This document shows, in pieces, positions 20,669 to 31,290 of a DNA stretch of 47,365 bases. This DNA is from Trichomonas gallinae (taxonomy: Eukaryota), in contig MRSU01009225.1 in the NCBI GenBank assembly GCA_008369845.1, positions 1 through 47,365 on the forward strand, read 5' to 3'. A model generated the notes under the pieces. The model ran no database searches. It was not told the origin of the DNA and saw nothing but the letters and a program-made list of their open reading frames with translations. The first letter of the stretch is position 1. Each line of letters begins with the position of its first letter. Both the position numbers and the translations under genes were made by a program.

Positions 20669-20764
20669 TGAATTTTTTGTTTTTTGACGGCAAAAATTTT
20701 GTCAGAAATCTGACTATTGACATCAACAATAACATGTTTTAACTGTGTTTTTATATAGACCTCA

Positions 20765-21056
20765 TCTATGTCTATCTAATCATATAAGAATCATTTGATA
20801 AAATCAACTTTTTATATAAAAAATATCGATTTTTATATAAATTAAATTACAACATTTTAAAGTACGATGTTTAAAAGTTCTCTTCTATGTCCATCTATTC
20901 TTAAAGGAAGCATTTGATGAATTCAGTTTTTTATAAAAAATATTGATTTTTTTTTCATCCAATTGAACATAGAGTATTTTAAAGTTTAATTTTAAAATAT
21001 ATTCTTCGATTCCTATCTATATATCTTTGAAATATTCTTTGAAATCGATTTTTTAG
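20765..21056. repeat. Degenerate tandem repeat, ~120 bp unit, ~2.5 copies
   Basis: TCTATGTCYATCTA at 20765 and 20884, with a decayed copy at 21006; shared CATTTGAT, AAAAATATYGATTTTT and ATTTTAAAGT blocks. Confidence 0.75.
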
Positions 21057-21280
21057 ATTTGAAAATATAATTTACAATCAAATCATTTCTAAACAAGTTG
21101 AAATGATATAAGTAGATGAATCTATTATGTCTTGTCATTATCCAATTGATATTTTTTAAATAACAAATTTTCGAAATTTTATTTTTCATTTTTGTTTTAA
21201 TTTACATGAATATATTATATTAGTAGGTTATATGCAAGGTTTATTTACAAACAAATAGATATATTTTCATAGAAAATTGA

Positions 21281-22129
21281 TTAATTTGGAATATCGATTG
21301 GATTATTAACGATTTTGTTGATGTTATGCATTGTTTTGGTGAACTTCTTGTAAGTGGACTTCTTTGTTTGTGTTTCCATCTTTGGTTGTGGTTTTGCTCT
21401 TGTTATCTGCATTTTGAGCGCAATTGGGACTGAAATTTCCTTAGGGAACTTCTTGATGATGCGAGAGACCTCTTGGGAATTCGCATTAAAGAAGTCTTCC
21501 AATGTTTGTGTTTCAGCAGCAGTCATCATTTCATCTAAAAGCTGAAGCTCGATATCTCTTGCTGTCTTGAGGTTGTTGATCTCTTCTTGCTGTCTTTGAA
21601 GCATCAGTTCAGCTACTTTCATATTTTTATCATCAATTTTCTGTATATCGCGCTTTCCGCCTTTTTTGAGTAGTTGGTCTGCCTTCTTTTGCAGTTTAAT
21701 GGCAGCATCGAAGTTGTATGTGTCTGCAACAAGCTTCGCTGTGGCTAATGTTTGATTATACTCTTCTGCCACGGTACTTGACACTGAAGTCCGCTCCTTA
21801 TCCCATTTCTCAATTAGTTCTTCAAGTTCAGCTCTATGAAAATCGCGCATCTTCAAAAATTCATTTTTATGAAATTCGATTGAGAACTGTTTGGCATTTT
21901 CTATATCTTGCGAATATCTTTGGACATTTTCATAGATTTGGTTTGAGATTTCGTCCTTCTTATTCAAGTATTGAGAAACATGCGAAGCAACTTCACGAGT
22001 TTCTTCGTAATTCTGCAAATAAGGAATCTGTTCATGATAGTATTTAGCAGCCTTGTAATCTCCCTGCTCAATTGCCTGCTGCATCAATTCTCTCGCTTCA
22101 GCTGATGTTTTTGGTTTCGCGCGCTTCAT
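21281..22129 (-). CDS. Hypothetical coiled-coil protein (282 aa)
   Basis: Helical, E/K/Q-rich ORF. Start moved to ATG 22129 (MKRAKPK). Confidence 0.8.
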   Translation of the reverse strand: MKRAKPKTSAEARELMQQAIEQGDYKAAKYYHEQIPYLQNYEETREVASHVSQYLNKKDEISNQIYENVQRYSQDIENAKQFSIEFHKNEFLKMRDFHRAELEELIEKWDKERTSVSSTVAEEYNQTLATAKLVADTYNFDAAIKLQKKADQLLKKGGKRDIQKIDDKNMKVAELMLQRQQEEINNLKTARDIELQLLDEMMTAAETQTLEDFFNANSQEVSRIIKKFPKEISVPIALKMQITRAKPQPKMETQTKKSTYKKFTKTMHNINKIVNNPIDIPN

Positions 22130-22640
22130 TGTTTTAATCAAAAATTGACATTGTAAATATTTATTTGTCAAATATAAATTTACATGACAAAAAAAAATTC
22201 GTTCCTATATTCTTGAAATTGGAAACCAAAGAAGCGAGTAATTCTAATGAGAAGGTTGTAACTTTTCATTATTTAAATATCATCAGTATTCGAAAATAAA
22301 GTCTTGAGCAATTAATTTGAAGTCATAAGAGTCATCTCAATGATGTCAAATAATAGGTTTGGACATCAGCAATGTTATTATCAATTTTCTCCAAAAATTC
22401 ATCAATAATTTTTCACAAACACTGAATAGCTTCTTTATATTATGTCATGTAAATTTTAATGTTCTTACACATAAAAATTTTATTAATTTAAAAAATTAGA
22501 TGACTTTTAAAAAAAAAATATCGAGCAAATATTAAATTTTCTGATTGAAATGCATAGATTTTATATCATATCAAGGAGTAATGGTTCTGGTTGTAATAGT
22601 CGAAATAACTAAAAATAAATAAGTTTATAAAAAAACAAAA

Positions 22641-25600
22641 TTACAATAATAATTTCTGAACGATGTCGCTGATTGCTTTCTCTTTGTCTTCTGTTTCGAG
22701 TAATGAAGTCTTTCTGACGAACATCTCTTCTCTGAGGCGTGGGATAAGCATTGGGTTGAGTTTCTCAGTCATATGTCTTGGGAATGTGAGAGGAAGCGAT
22801 TGAATAATCCACGGGAAGATTGGCGAGTTAACATCGAATATCTTTCGAGGTCCTTGAGCCATTTGTACTCCGCATCTGATTGCGCGCAATTGCGGCATTA
22901 TTGGATCAAGTCTCTCAGTGATTGCAGCCTTGGTTGGATCAGCTTCAGCGAACTCAGGATCGATATCGAAGAAGTCGTCGTTTGTGATTGTTCCGCCGAA
23001 AGCAAACCTGATGACAACAGCTGAAACAGGCAGAGGCAAAGACCTTCCTGCGCTGGCGTTCATCATCATGTGGAAGCCGAAGCCAATGAATGCAATAAGT
23101 TCATCAAGAGAAGTAGCTGTTGATCTAGGAATCAATGCTGATTCATCTGTGAACAAAGGCTGCTCGAAAATGTCATCTTTCGCTTCTCTTACGACTCTCA
23201 AAATAGTCGTCAAGTCTTTGATGTTTAGGAGCTGAATGTCTCTGATGAAGTTCTCTCCTGGGAAGACACCGTATGTAGCGAACTGTTGTGCAGCCCTGAC
23301 GTAGAAGTTTGTCAAAGAAACAATAGAAATTGGTACATATCCGCAGACTTGTTGCTGCGGCAGTTTGTCGTTGTGTGGAACTCCAATTGCGCTGATTAGC
23401 GGGATGAAGTTCTTGAAGGAAGAGTTAAGCGGGAAGTCAGGGCTCTCTGCCTTGCAGCTCTTAAGCATTGACATCAATAACGAAACTCTGTATCTCGATG
23501 CTTCAACAGAAACAGTCGGGAAAAGTTTCTCGAAATATTTATCATCGAAAATCAGCAAATTTTCGTGTTCGATCAGACAAACTGCAATGGAATGAGCCAT
23601 CGCTTCATCTTTCGTTGTCCAGGACTCGTGGAGCTCCTTGAAGATCGAGAATATCTTCAGGAAATGAGAATAGCTTGGATGCTCGACGGCTTTTTCTGTG
23701 AAAATTTCTGCTTTCAATTTTTGTGTGTTTTCATCTCTTGTTAACGAAAATTCAATTTCTTCCTCTTCATCATTCAACTCTATGAATCCGCTGTTTGTGA
23801 TTTCCTGGCGTCCGAATTTGATCCTGCCAGGCTGGACGTTGTTTTCTGATAGTTTGACATATACCCTTGGAACATTTATTGTGTCAACGAGCAAATTTTG
23901 TGGCACGTTTTCATCACTTTTTTCTGGAACCAATTCGTGCTTGAATTTATAAGATCTTGATTTCATTAACGACTCAAATGCGAATGATGTGATGAGCGGT
24001 GGCCTGATGGACCTGAGGAATGGGAAGACAGAGCCAGCAACTGAGAACGGTGACAGCAAATCTGCTGAAATTCTCTTGAACAGTTTTGAAGCTGCCGTGT
24101 TTGCATCTTTGACTTCTAGGAATGGCTCAACAATGTTGATGAGTCTCTCTCTGATCTCAGAGTCGTTCTTTCCATCACCAACATATGTGTGGAGCGAGAA
24201 GATTGAAAGGGCAAGGCCAAGTTTGGAATCCGTCGTCAGCAAAAGATTTTCTAAATCAATCAACTTCGAATATTTCTGTTTGTATTCTGGATGAAGCAAG
24301 TTTGTGGAGATGATTTTAATGAGCCAGTCAGCTAAGATGCTGCCGAACAGCAGAACATCTTGCGACATTGCGCGCTCGAATAATGGCAAGAAAATCTCTT
24401 CGTGCATGATTTTAGACAAATTAAGTCTCTCGCAATGAGAAACAACGAAAGATATGATCTGCAGCGCTAATCTGAAGCAGTTGTTGTCATTGCTCGTGTG
24501 CATCGAGATCGGATATATCTCGAGGAATGCGACATTCTCTTGTCCTAAGTTAGAAATAGTGAACATGTCGCCGAACAATGTCATTTGCGAGTTTTCGTTT
24601 TGAGATTCGAATCTTAAAACATATTCTTGGTTGAACGAATTCGCGATCAAAGGCAAGTTCAAATTCGTGTCGCAGAACCTGACATAGATGGCATCAGCAT
24701 TGCGCCTCTCCACTTCTACCAAAACGTCATTGTGTTTGTTAGAAACAACAACTGGCTCCAAAGATCTCTTTGACAAAAGTGCGTTGACACTCTTCTTGAC
24801 TAAATTCAGGAAAACTGTTGGCTTCTTAATTGCTATGTGCGCGAATATTGGGCTTAATGTATCGCAGCATACAGCTGTGAAGTCATCATCACCTAAAACA
24901 GTGGCTGCCTGAGTAACAACTTTCTCTAAAATGGAATCATCAGAAAAAGTGTCAATATGTTGCATGACGCTCAATATATGTATCAAGTTATTGTCCATGT
25001 TGATCTTATTCGTGAAGAAATCTCTTTGTAGACCAGGCGTCAACATGCAGAGGCCTTTGTTCGCTTGTTCAGTCATCGGGAAGAATAATGATGGGCTCAA
25101 ATAAGGTCTTAGTGTTCTCTGCATTCTTTCGTATGCAGCGTAAACATTTTGTGGTTCTGTGCAGTCAGCCAAAGAGTAGATGTATCTCATTGGCAGATCC
25201 AGAGATATCCATGTCTGACTCCTGTGATTGAACAGTCTGACGCTTGCCTTGCCTGTGCCTGGTATCTGTGTGAACACTGCGCTTCTGTGATAAAGTTTTG
25301 CGTCGATATCAGCTGCAGTCAAAATGCACGGACGCTCGAATTGGACTTCAGCTTTGTGCTGCGATTCTCCGTTGACTGTTTGCAATTCGAAAGGAATCCT
25401 GCCCTGGAAAACAGGCTCGAATGAGTAAGGAATGCAGTCAGCTGATAATGTTGGAGCGAAGACTTTGTCAGAAACCGGTTTTGTAAATCTTCTGACATCG
25501 AATATGAATGGTGCGAAACCAGAATTAACTTTGAGCTTTTCCGCGCATTTCATCTCGAAACTGACAGTGATTGGCGAATTGATCTTGATCTTGAACACTG

Positions 25601-28600
25601 AGTCTTCGATGATTTTTCCGCAAGAAGTGACGAAAACTGTTTTTGTCCCGAAATCTATGTAAAGGCCGAATGTTGTTGTTAGCTTTGGATTAGCGATCAT
25701 GTATTCGTACAACCTAACGGCGCGCATTGTATTCGGATGGACGCAGACTTTGATTGAGTCAGCTCTCAAGTTAAACTCGAGATAAGTGAACTTGGATTTA
25801 TCAGAAATTTCCGGAATGAAGTGAATTTGGCTTGGAGAAACTCCATTAAACTTCAATTCGTCTAAAAACAGCGAATAAAGTCTGTTGTTTGCGACAACGT
25901 GAGAGAACAATGAAGAAATAGGCAAAATACTCTTCATCAAGAAAGAGTGGACATTTGGATTTGGATTGAACTCGACTGGCTCTTTCTGGGAAACAATGAA
26001 TGGACATGGATCCTCCATAATCGACAAGAAAACAGGAGGCATCACGAAAATTCCTCCTGACTGAATAAACAACTGTTTGTATTGACCGAAGAAGCCTAAA
26101 ATAATTGTGTCGCTTTCGAGTTTGACAACTGTCTGACTGACAGCTGCCGGGAAGTTAATCATTCCTTCGTTCGTTATTGATACTTTAAATGACTGGAATG
26201 TTGTCTTCGCTTGTCCGCTGCAATAACCGATTGTCATGTTCGGCAAAACTTTAATCGAGAAAGCAGGAATGGATTTAGTGCAGACATATGTATCTCCTTC
26301 ACAAAAGTGTCTTAACTCTAATTTGATTTCGTGGTTTTCTTGTTTGTTCGTCAGAGAATTGCGTCCGAACATGTGCGCGAGTTCGTAAGGAAGAGGAGTA
26401 TTATAGGAAAGCTCAGCAAGAGCAGATCGAGCAAATCTTCCCTGGATGTCATCTTCTTCGATGCAGTCCATTAAAGCGTCAATTAATTCCTGTGAAACGT
26501 GGCCGATTCTCTTAGGAAGTATTGGAACGAAAGGCAAATCAGTGAACTCAAAGCTGGAAACATCGAATGCTGGCAATGCGAATGAAAAACCGTCCTCATT
26601 TCTGAATCTGTATTCCAAGTAGTCCATTGACGATATTATAGATTGCTGGCCTGTTGACTTGATCCTGACTTGCATGTTTATGTGCGGCGGGAAGCTGCAA
26701 GCGGACAAAACAAGTAAAGCGCCAATTGAAGCGTTGTCGTGTTTCTGTATTATAGGAACAAGTTGATCGATCTTCTTTTCATCGAGAATTCTTCTGACGA
26801 TTGTTGCTCTCGCGAAAGAGAAAGAAGGCCCAACATCGAATAATTCGTGTTCAGTTGACTCGAAAACGTTGAATGAGAATCCTTTGCCAATTGACTCTAA
26901 GATTCCAACAATTTCCGGCCTTTCTTCAATTGATGTCGCGAAAGTGAACTTCTTGAGGATTTGCTGTATCAAAGGTATTATATGTGTCGTCTTGAATTTG
27001 AGCGAAAGCAAAATAACTGACAAAACGAAGTCGTTGTTTTCTTGGTCTTGTCCTAGATTTAGCGTGATTAATAAAGCGAACAAAACGAATGGATTTGTTG
27101 AAGTTGGAGGTGTTGGTGTGACTAATGCCAAGTTTTCCCTAACGCATGTGAAAAACTGCGAAGTGATTTTATATGTTTTCGCGATTTCAGTGAAAATCAG
27201 TGGAATCTTTTCGTTGAGACTGAGAATTGACGGCGCTGAAACTGATATAATAATATTTCTGTAAGCAGCCAAAAACTTAGGAACAACGTCAGATATTTCG
27301 TCGATAATATGTGGACCGATAATAGACAAACAAATTTGTATCTTCGTCGCGGCTTGAAGAATGATTTCGAATGATGGATTCGGACTCTCGCATAATACTC
27401 CTGCCTCTTTGAAAGACATGATTGCGAACTTTTGTCCTTTCGATGTTTTAAGGGCTGAGAACAAGAAGTTGTACATTTCTCCTTGTAATCCCAGAGTGTT
27501 CTGCATCAAAAGCGCGCCGATCTCAGAGAACATTTCGCCCATGTCGTGGTGCAACTCTTCAGCGACTTCAGGATGCATAGACGCAAGTTTTAGTAGGTAA
27601 TAAACATCGCCTGTTTCTTCTGTGCAGTTGTCGTATATATACTTAAGATAGCTGTAAGCCATCGGGAAGCATGAGATTGGGTCAAAGAGGGGCACCAATT
27701 CGTCTACTACCCATTCTTCGTCTGGCGATTCGTGGAATTTCTTGCAGATCTTGTTTATTAAGTCTTCGGCTTCTTCGAAAGTGAATTTAATTGGTTTCAA
27801 GCCACTAGGGAATGAAAATGTCTCTGGACTGAAGCCTTCAGGTGGGGTGTCATATCTCTTTGACACATTCAACAGCATCAAGAACAGAGCGCGACTCAAA
27901 TCGTAGAAAATCTGCGGAGACTTATACGCCAATGCTGTTGAAAACGATTTCACTTGTATGTAAGCTTTATATCCGTAGTCATTCAAACTCGGGTCAGAAG
28001 TGAACTTGAAAATCAGTCTTTGTGAGTTGACGATTATTGGCTCCCACTTTGAATTGGGTCCTGACAGTTTAGGGCAGATTGGCTCCGTGCAATCGATGTC
28101 AGAAAATATCTGCAAAAAGTCGCATTCTTCTTCTGTGCTTGTCTGCGGATCGAAGGTGATTGTTATCCTAATGGCGCCGGGGAAATGATATGGATGAATG
28201 TAAGATGAATTGTTTTCGTATGGATGTGGCGACTCCTCGATAACCGTTGTTTCAATGAAACTGTTTGACACACGACTCTCGAAATGTTTCTTCGCGTACT
28301 TATTCAGATGCGACGCCGAGCATAGACCCTCCAAAGAGGCTAAAATCGTAGACAGCTGTGGAAATACGACAGCTACAATTGGATCTTCTTCGAGCATTAT
28401 GTGTAATAAAGGCAAAATCGGGGCCAAAAGTGTTGGCAAAACATAAGGATTCGCGTTTTTGATGCATTTAAAGAGCGGAACTGCCGCTGACACTGAAATC
28501 ACTTTATCTACTAAAGCGCCACGTAATAGTGAGAATGTCATTGCGTTAATGAACGAATATTGCGTTGATAAATTATTATTTAAGTAATCTAGGACTCTTG

Positions 28601-30539
28601 AATTCGGTTCATTTAAGATTGCGAGAAGGAATCCGTATATATCATGAAATCCGTCGGAAAATATTTGAGAAACTTCATATGGCGACAGTTTTTTAATTAT
28701 TTCCGAACAATCTGACGTCGTCATCAAGAAATTCTTCTTGAATCCTCTCACAAAAGCCTTCATGAAGTTAATTCTTGAAATAGATGAAACATTTTTCAAG
28801 TCTAAAATATCAATAATATCTTGAACATCATATGTATGGTATTCGCTGGCCTGGTACTCGAATATCGCTATCATTGAGACGGCTGCGTCAGCAAAAACTG
28901 AATATCTTTCGTCTTTTTTCATCAAATCGATTAAATCGAAAACTAAATCTGTGTTTTGTAGGGCAAATATCTGTGATAAGTCCATCAGTTTGAGAGAAAC
29001 ACGTGAAGCGAGAAGAGGCAGCAAAGCATTCATCATTTGCAGTGGAATATTTCCCTGTGGAAGTTCAGGGGGCGAAATTGCGTAATATTGGAGGAATTTA
29101 TAGACTGGTGATAGGTTTCTCACGTATACTGTATCCCAAAAAGGAGCCTCTATGATTGTGTTGCCTTCAATATCAACGGCGACGCAAAATGAAGAAAGAT
29201 TTTCTTGTAGTAATGATTCTGTCTGCATTAATTCACCTGTGCACATATTATATTGGTGATACAGAGGAGTATCGACATTTCCAATCAAAAATGGAGCGAA
29301 AACAATACCAATAACTAATCCATCAGTGATTAAGCTGACATATTTCTCGTAATCGCGCGGCAATGCAACTGGGAAGAACTCTCTTTCCGGTCTGATTAAG
29401 CCTTTTTGCCATTTAAGCGTGATTTTCATGCCTTTCTTTTCATAACAATATAATATTGACTTTGAGATGATATAAAGCATGTCGCCGGCAGCTGTAAATG
29501 GTCCCTGTGGAATTGGTGCATCGCATTCGAGTTGTCCGAGTCTTTCTAATGATTCAATACTCATAACATCGATTGTACCCTTCGCTTGTCCTTGAAAACC
29601 GAGAAGAAGATGATTATTGCACACACAAAGTGAATGTATGTCGCAATTGACGCAAACACTTGAAGATCTTTCATTTGATGCGAAAACTGTGCCTAAAACG
29701 CCTGTTCCGAACTTTGTGAGGCCTGTTGTAGGCTCAGCGACATAAAGGAAGCCCTTGCATGCAGCAATTCTTCGCTGTCTGACTTCTTTCAAAGATGTCG
29801 GCTTTGTGTTCGATTCTGGCATGATTTCGTGCAGGTAAAGTTTGTTTGTTTTCGTAATGTCGTAGTCTGCGAATGTTGTCATGTGAATTGACTTCTTAAT
29901 TAGTTTAGATAATGATGAGATATCGTAATCAATCGAAACATTTGGATTTTTGAACCAGCAAAGTGCTAATCTCAGTATATACTCAGCTCTATGCGTTGAT
30001 TCAATGATTTGCACCCACAATTCGATGATTTTTTTCACGACTTCGGGCGGACAATCGGATTTTTCGATAATTGAGCTCATCCACAGCAATAACCTGTTAG
30101 TGATTATTGGTAAATCCCAGTTTTCTTCGAAACTTGACTTTGAGATCATCGTAGATAATTGATTCAAAACTTTGAGAATCGGCTCGGGCTTAATTGTTGT
30201 GATTTTCTCGATTATGGGCAAAAATATGTTATAAATAACGTGTATTGGTGCTTCTATTTCCGGCAGAATTTCGTTTTGAATTGTTGGGTATTTTGGATCT
30301 TCAACACCGAGGAAAAACTCGATATTTCCGAGTATACTCTCGCGTATTTGGTCCATTTCGAGGAATTCGTCGTTCAAATAGTGTCGAGATTCAGTAGATG
30401 GATTAACTAATGTAGGAAAGGCTCGAATTAGAGCCGAGTAATCGACATCTGCTAAATCATCTATCATAGACTGTATAGTGTCGGTACCATAGGCAACTCC
30501 AGGACCAAATTTTGACAATAATCCTGAAAGTTCCTGCAT
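22641..30539 (-). CDS. Giant 2632-aa protein with HECTD4/MYCBP2-like architecture: propeller-like N-terminal region, CUB-like domain and degenerate C-terminal HECT N-lobe-like segment
   Basis: GFLYV...GLTKFGTGVLGTV; ESPHPYENN...FPGAIRITITFDPQTSTEEECDFLQIF...FKFTSDPSLNDYGYK (27950-28240); FIGFGF...GRSLPLPVSAVVIRFAFGGTITNDDFFDIDPEF...QLRAIRCGV. Confidence 0.65.
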   Translation of the reverse strand: MQELSGLLSKFGPGVAYGTDTIQSMIDDLADVDYSALIRAFPTLVNPSTESRHYLNDEFLEMDQIRESILGNIEFFLGVEDPKYPTIQNEILPEIEAPIHVIYNIFLPIIEKITTIKPEPILKVLNQLSTMISKSSFEENWDLPIITNRLLLWMSSIIEKSDCPPEVVKKIIELWVQIIESTHRAEYILRLALCWFKNPNVSIDYDISSLSKLIKKSIHMTTFADYDITKTNKLYLHEIMPESNTKPTSLKEVRQRRIAACKGFLYVAEPTTGLTKFGTGVLGTVFASNERSSSVCVNCDIHSLCVCNNHLLLGFQGQAKGTIDVMSIESLERLGQLECDAPIPQGPFTAAGDMLYIISKSILYCYEKKGMKITLKWQKGLIRPEREFFPVALPRDYEKYVSLITDGLVIGIVFAPFLIGNVDTPLYHQYNMCTGELMQTESLLQENLSSFCVAVDIEGNTIIEAPFWDTVYVRNLSPVYKFLQYYAISPPELPQGNIPLQMMNALLPLLASRVSLKLMDLSQIFALQNTDLVFDLIDLMKKDERYSVFADAAVSMIAIFEYQASEYHTYDVQDIIDILDLKNVSSISRINFMKAFVRGFKKNFLMTTSDCSEIIKKLSPYEVSQIFSDGFHDIYGFLLAILNEPNSRVLDYLNNNLSTQYSFINAMTFSLLRGALVDKVISVSAAVPLFKCIKNANPYVLPTLLAPILPLLHIMLEEDPIVAVVFPQLSTILASLEGLCSASHLNKYAKKHFESRVSNSFIETTVIEESPHPYENNSSYIHPYHFPGAIRITITFDPQTSTEEECDFLQIFSDIDCTEPICPKLSGPNSKWEPIIVNSQRLIFKFTSDPSLNDYGYKAYIQVKSFSTALAYKSPQIFYDLSRALFLMLLNVSKRYDTPPEGFSPETFSFPSGLKPIKFTFEEAEDLINKICKKFHESPDEEWVVDELVPLFDPISCFPMAYSYLKYIYDNCTEETGDVYYLLKLASMHPEVAEELHHDMGEMFSEIGALLMQNTLGLQGEMYNFLFSALKTSKGQKFAIMSFKEAGVLCESPNPSFEIILQAATKIQICLSIIGPHIIDEISDVVPKFLAAYRNIIISVSAPSILSLNEKIPLIFTEIAKTYKITSQFFTCVRENLALVTPTPPTSTNPFVLFALLITLNLGQDQENNDFVLSVILLSLKFKTTHIIPLIQQILKKFTFATSIEERPEIVGILESIGKGFSFNVFESTEHELFDVGPSFSFARATIVRRILDEKKIDQLVPIIQKHDNASIGALLVLSACSFPPHINMQVRIKSTGQQSIISSMDYLEYRFRNEDGFSFALPAFDVSSFEFTDLPFVPILPKRIGHVSQELIDALMDCIEEDDIQGRFARSALAELSYNTPLPYELAHMFGRNSLTNKQENHEIKLELRHFCEGDTYVCTKSIPAFSIKVLPNMTIGYCSGQAKTTFQSFKVSITNEGMINFPAAVSQTVVKLESDTIILGFFGQYKQLFIQSGGIFVMPPVFLSIMEDPCPFIVSQKEPVEFNPNPNVHSFLMKSILPISSLFSHVVANNRLYSLFLDELKFNGVSPSQIHFIPEISDKSKFTYLEFNLRADSIKVCVHPNTMRAVRLYEYMIANPKLTTTFGLYIDFGTKTVFVTSCGKIIEDSVFKIKINSPITVSFEMKCAEKLKVNSGFAPFIFDVRRFTKPVSDKVFAPTLSADCIPYSFEPVFQGRIPFELQTVNGESQHKAEVQFERPCILTAADIDAKLYHRSAVFTQIPGTGKASVRLFNHRSQTWISLDLPMRYIYSLADCTEPQNVYAAYERMQRTLRPYLSPSLFFPMTEQANKGLCMLTPGLQRDFFTNKINMDNNLIHILSVMQHIDTFSDDSILEKVVTQAATVLGDDDFTAVCCDTLSPIFAHIAIKKPTVFLNLVKKSVNALLSKRSLEPVVVSNKHNDVLVEVERRNADAIYVRFCDTNLNLPLIANSFNQEYVLRFESQNENSQMTLFGDMFTISNLGQENVAFLEIYPISMHTSNDNNCFRLALQIISFVVSHCERLNLSKIMHEEIFLPLFERAMSQDVLLFGSILADWLIKIISTNLLHPEYKQKYSKLIDLENLLLTTDSKLGLALSIFSLHTYVGDGKNDSEIRERLINIVEPFLEVKDANTAASKLFKRISADLLSPFSVAGSVFPFLRSIRPPLITSFAFESLMKSRSYKFKHELVPEKSDENVPQNLLVDTINVPRVYVKLSENNVQPGRIKFGRQEITNSGFIELNDEEEEIEFSLTRDENTQKLKAEIFTEKAVEHPSYSHFLKIFSIFKELHESWTTKDEAMAHSIAVCLIEHENLLIFDDKYFEKLFPTVSVEASRYRVSLLMSMLKSCKAESPDFPLNSSFKNFIPLISAIGVPHNDKLPQQQVCGYVPISIVSLTNFYVRAAQQFATYGVFPGENFIRDIQLLNIKDLTTILRVVREAKDDIFEQPLFTDESALIPRSTATSLDELIAFIGFGFHMMMNASAGRSLPLPVSAVVIRFAFGGTITNDDFFDIDPEFAEADPTKAAITERLDPIMPQLRAIRCGVQMAQGPRKIFDVNSPIFPWIIQSLPLTFPRHMTEKLNPMLIPRLREEMFVRKTSLLETEDKEKAISDIVQKLLL

Positions 30540-30924
30540 TTATATATAAAAAAATTAAAATCTGTCATTTGCATGGCAAATATATATTTACATGTCATAT
30601 TTAATTTTTACATGTCAAAAATTTCATTTGCTCTAAGATTAATCCAGAGTTTGAGCAAAGATTATATATGGAAAAGATGAGTGTCCAAAACGAAATTTAT
30701 GAGCCCCAAACTCTATATCAAAATAGTTTCTCTTTCTTCAAATATAACAAAGATGAAATATTGATGCTTGAATACAATATAAAATTCGAAATAAGTCTTC
30801 ACCTGAGACTCACATAATGTCATATAAAGCATGTTCGTTTCATCATAAGATTTGACTGTGAAAGTTTTTGATTTCGACTGTGAAAGATGTTTCAGAATAA
30901 GATCGTGATAAAACTGCGAAACCT

Positions 30925-31102
30925 CTTCACGCAGTTTCTGGAATAGATACCAATGCAAACATAGCAAGTATAAAGCTTCAAGAAATAGCCATCTTGGAAT
31001 TGTTAAACTCTTTCTCAATATTCAAGATATTGGCATTAAAACAGCTTTGATTGAGGCTTCATTTCAAGGTCAACATGAAATTGCCAAATTTCTTGTCATA
31101 TG
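30925..31102 (+). pseudogene. Decayed ankyrin-repeat remnant
   Basis: Fragments AVSGIDTNAN, KASRNSHLGIVKLFL and KTALIEASFQGQHEIAKFLV, interrupted by stops or frameshifts. Confidence 0.65.
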
Positions 31103-31180
31103 TTTATCTATAGCATTCTCACTTTGAATACTTGATGAGATTTGATTTAAATCGCATCATTCCAATGTTTTGAAAATATA

Positions 31181-31278
31181 TTTTACATGTCAAAAAAGAT
31201 GAGATTTTGACTTAAAATTAATTTTACATGTCAAAATCATTTTAATTTTGACTGAATACGAATTTTACGTGTCAAAAA
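31181..31278 (+). promoter_or_regulatory. Three TTTTACRTGTCAAAA motifs at 41-bp period immediately upstream of the ATG at 31291
   Basis: Core 11-mers at 31182, 31223 and 31264; the first two are followed by TTTTGACT, an inverted half-site. Confidence 0.65.
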
Positions 31279-31290
31279 TTATTTTAAAAA

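Noticed and set aside
22773..30410. Many 60-130 aa plus-strand ORFs antisense to the giant gene, and similar shadow ORFs over other CDSs
   Set aside because: Expected antisense or alternate-frame ORFs caused by codon bias; they have no recognisable motifs and mostly non-ATG starts.
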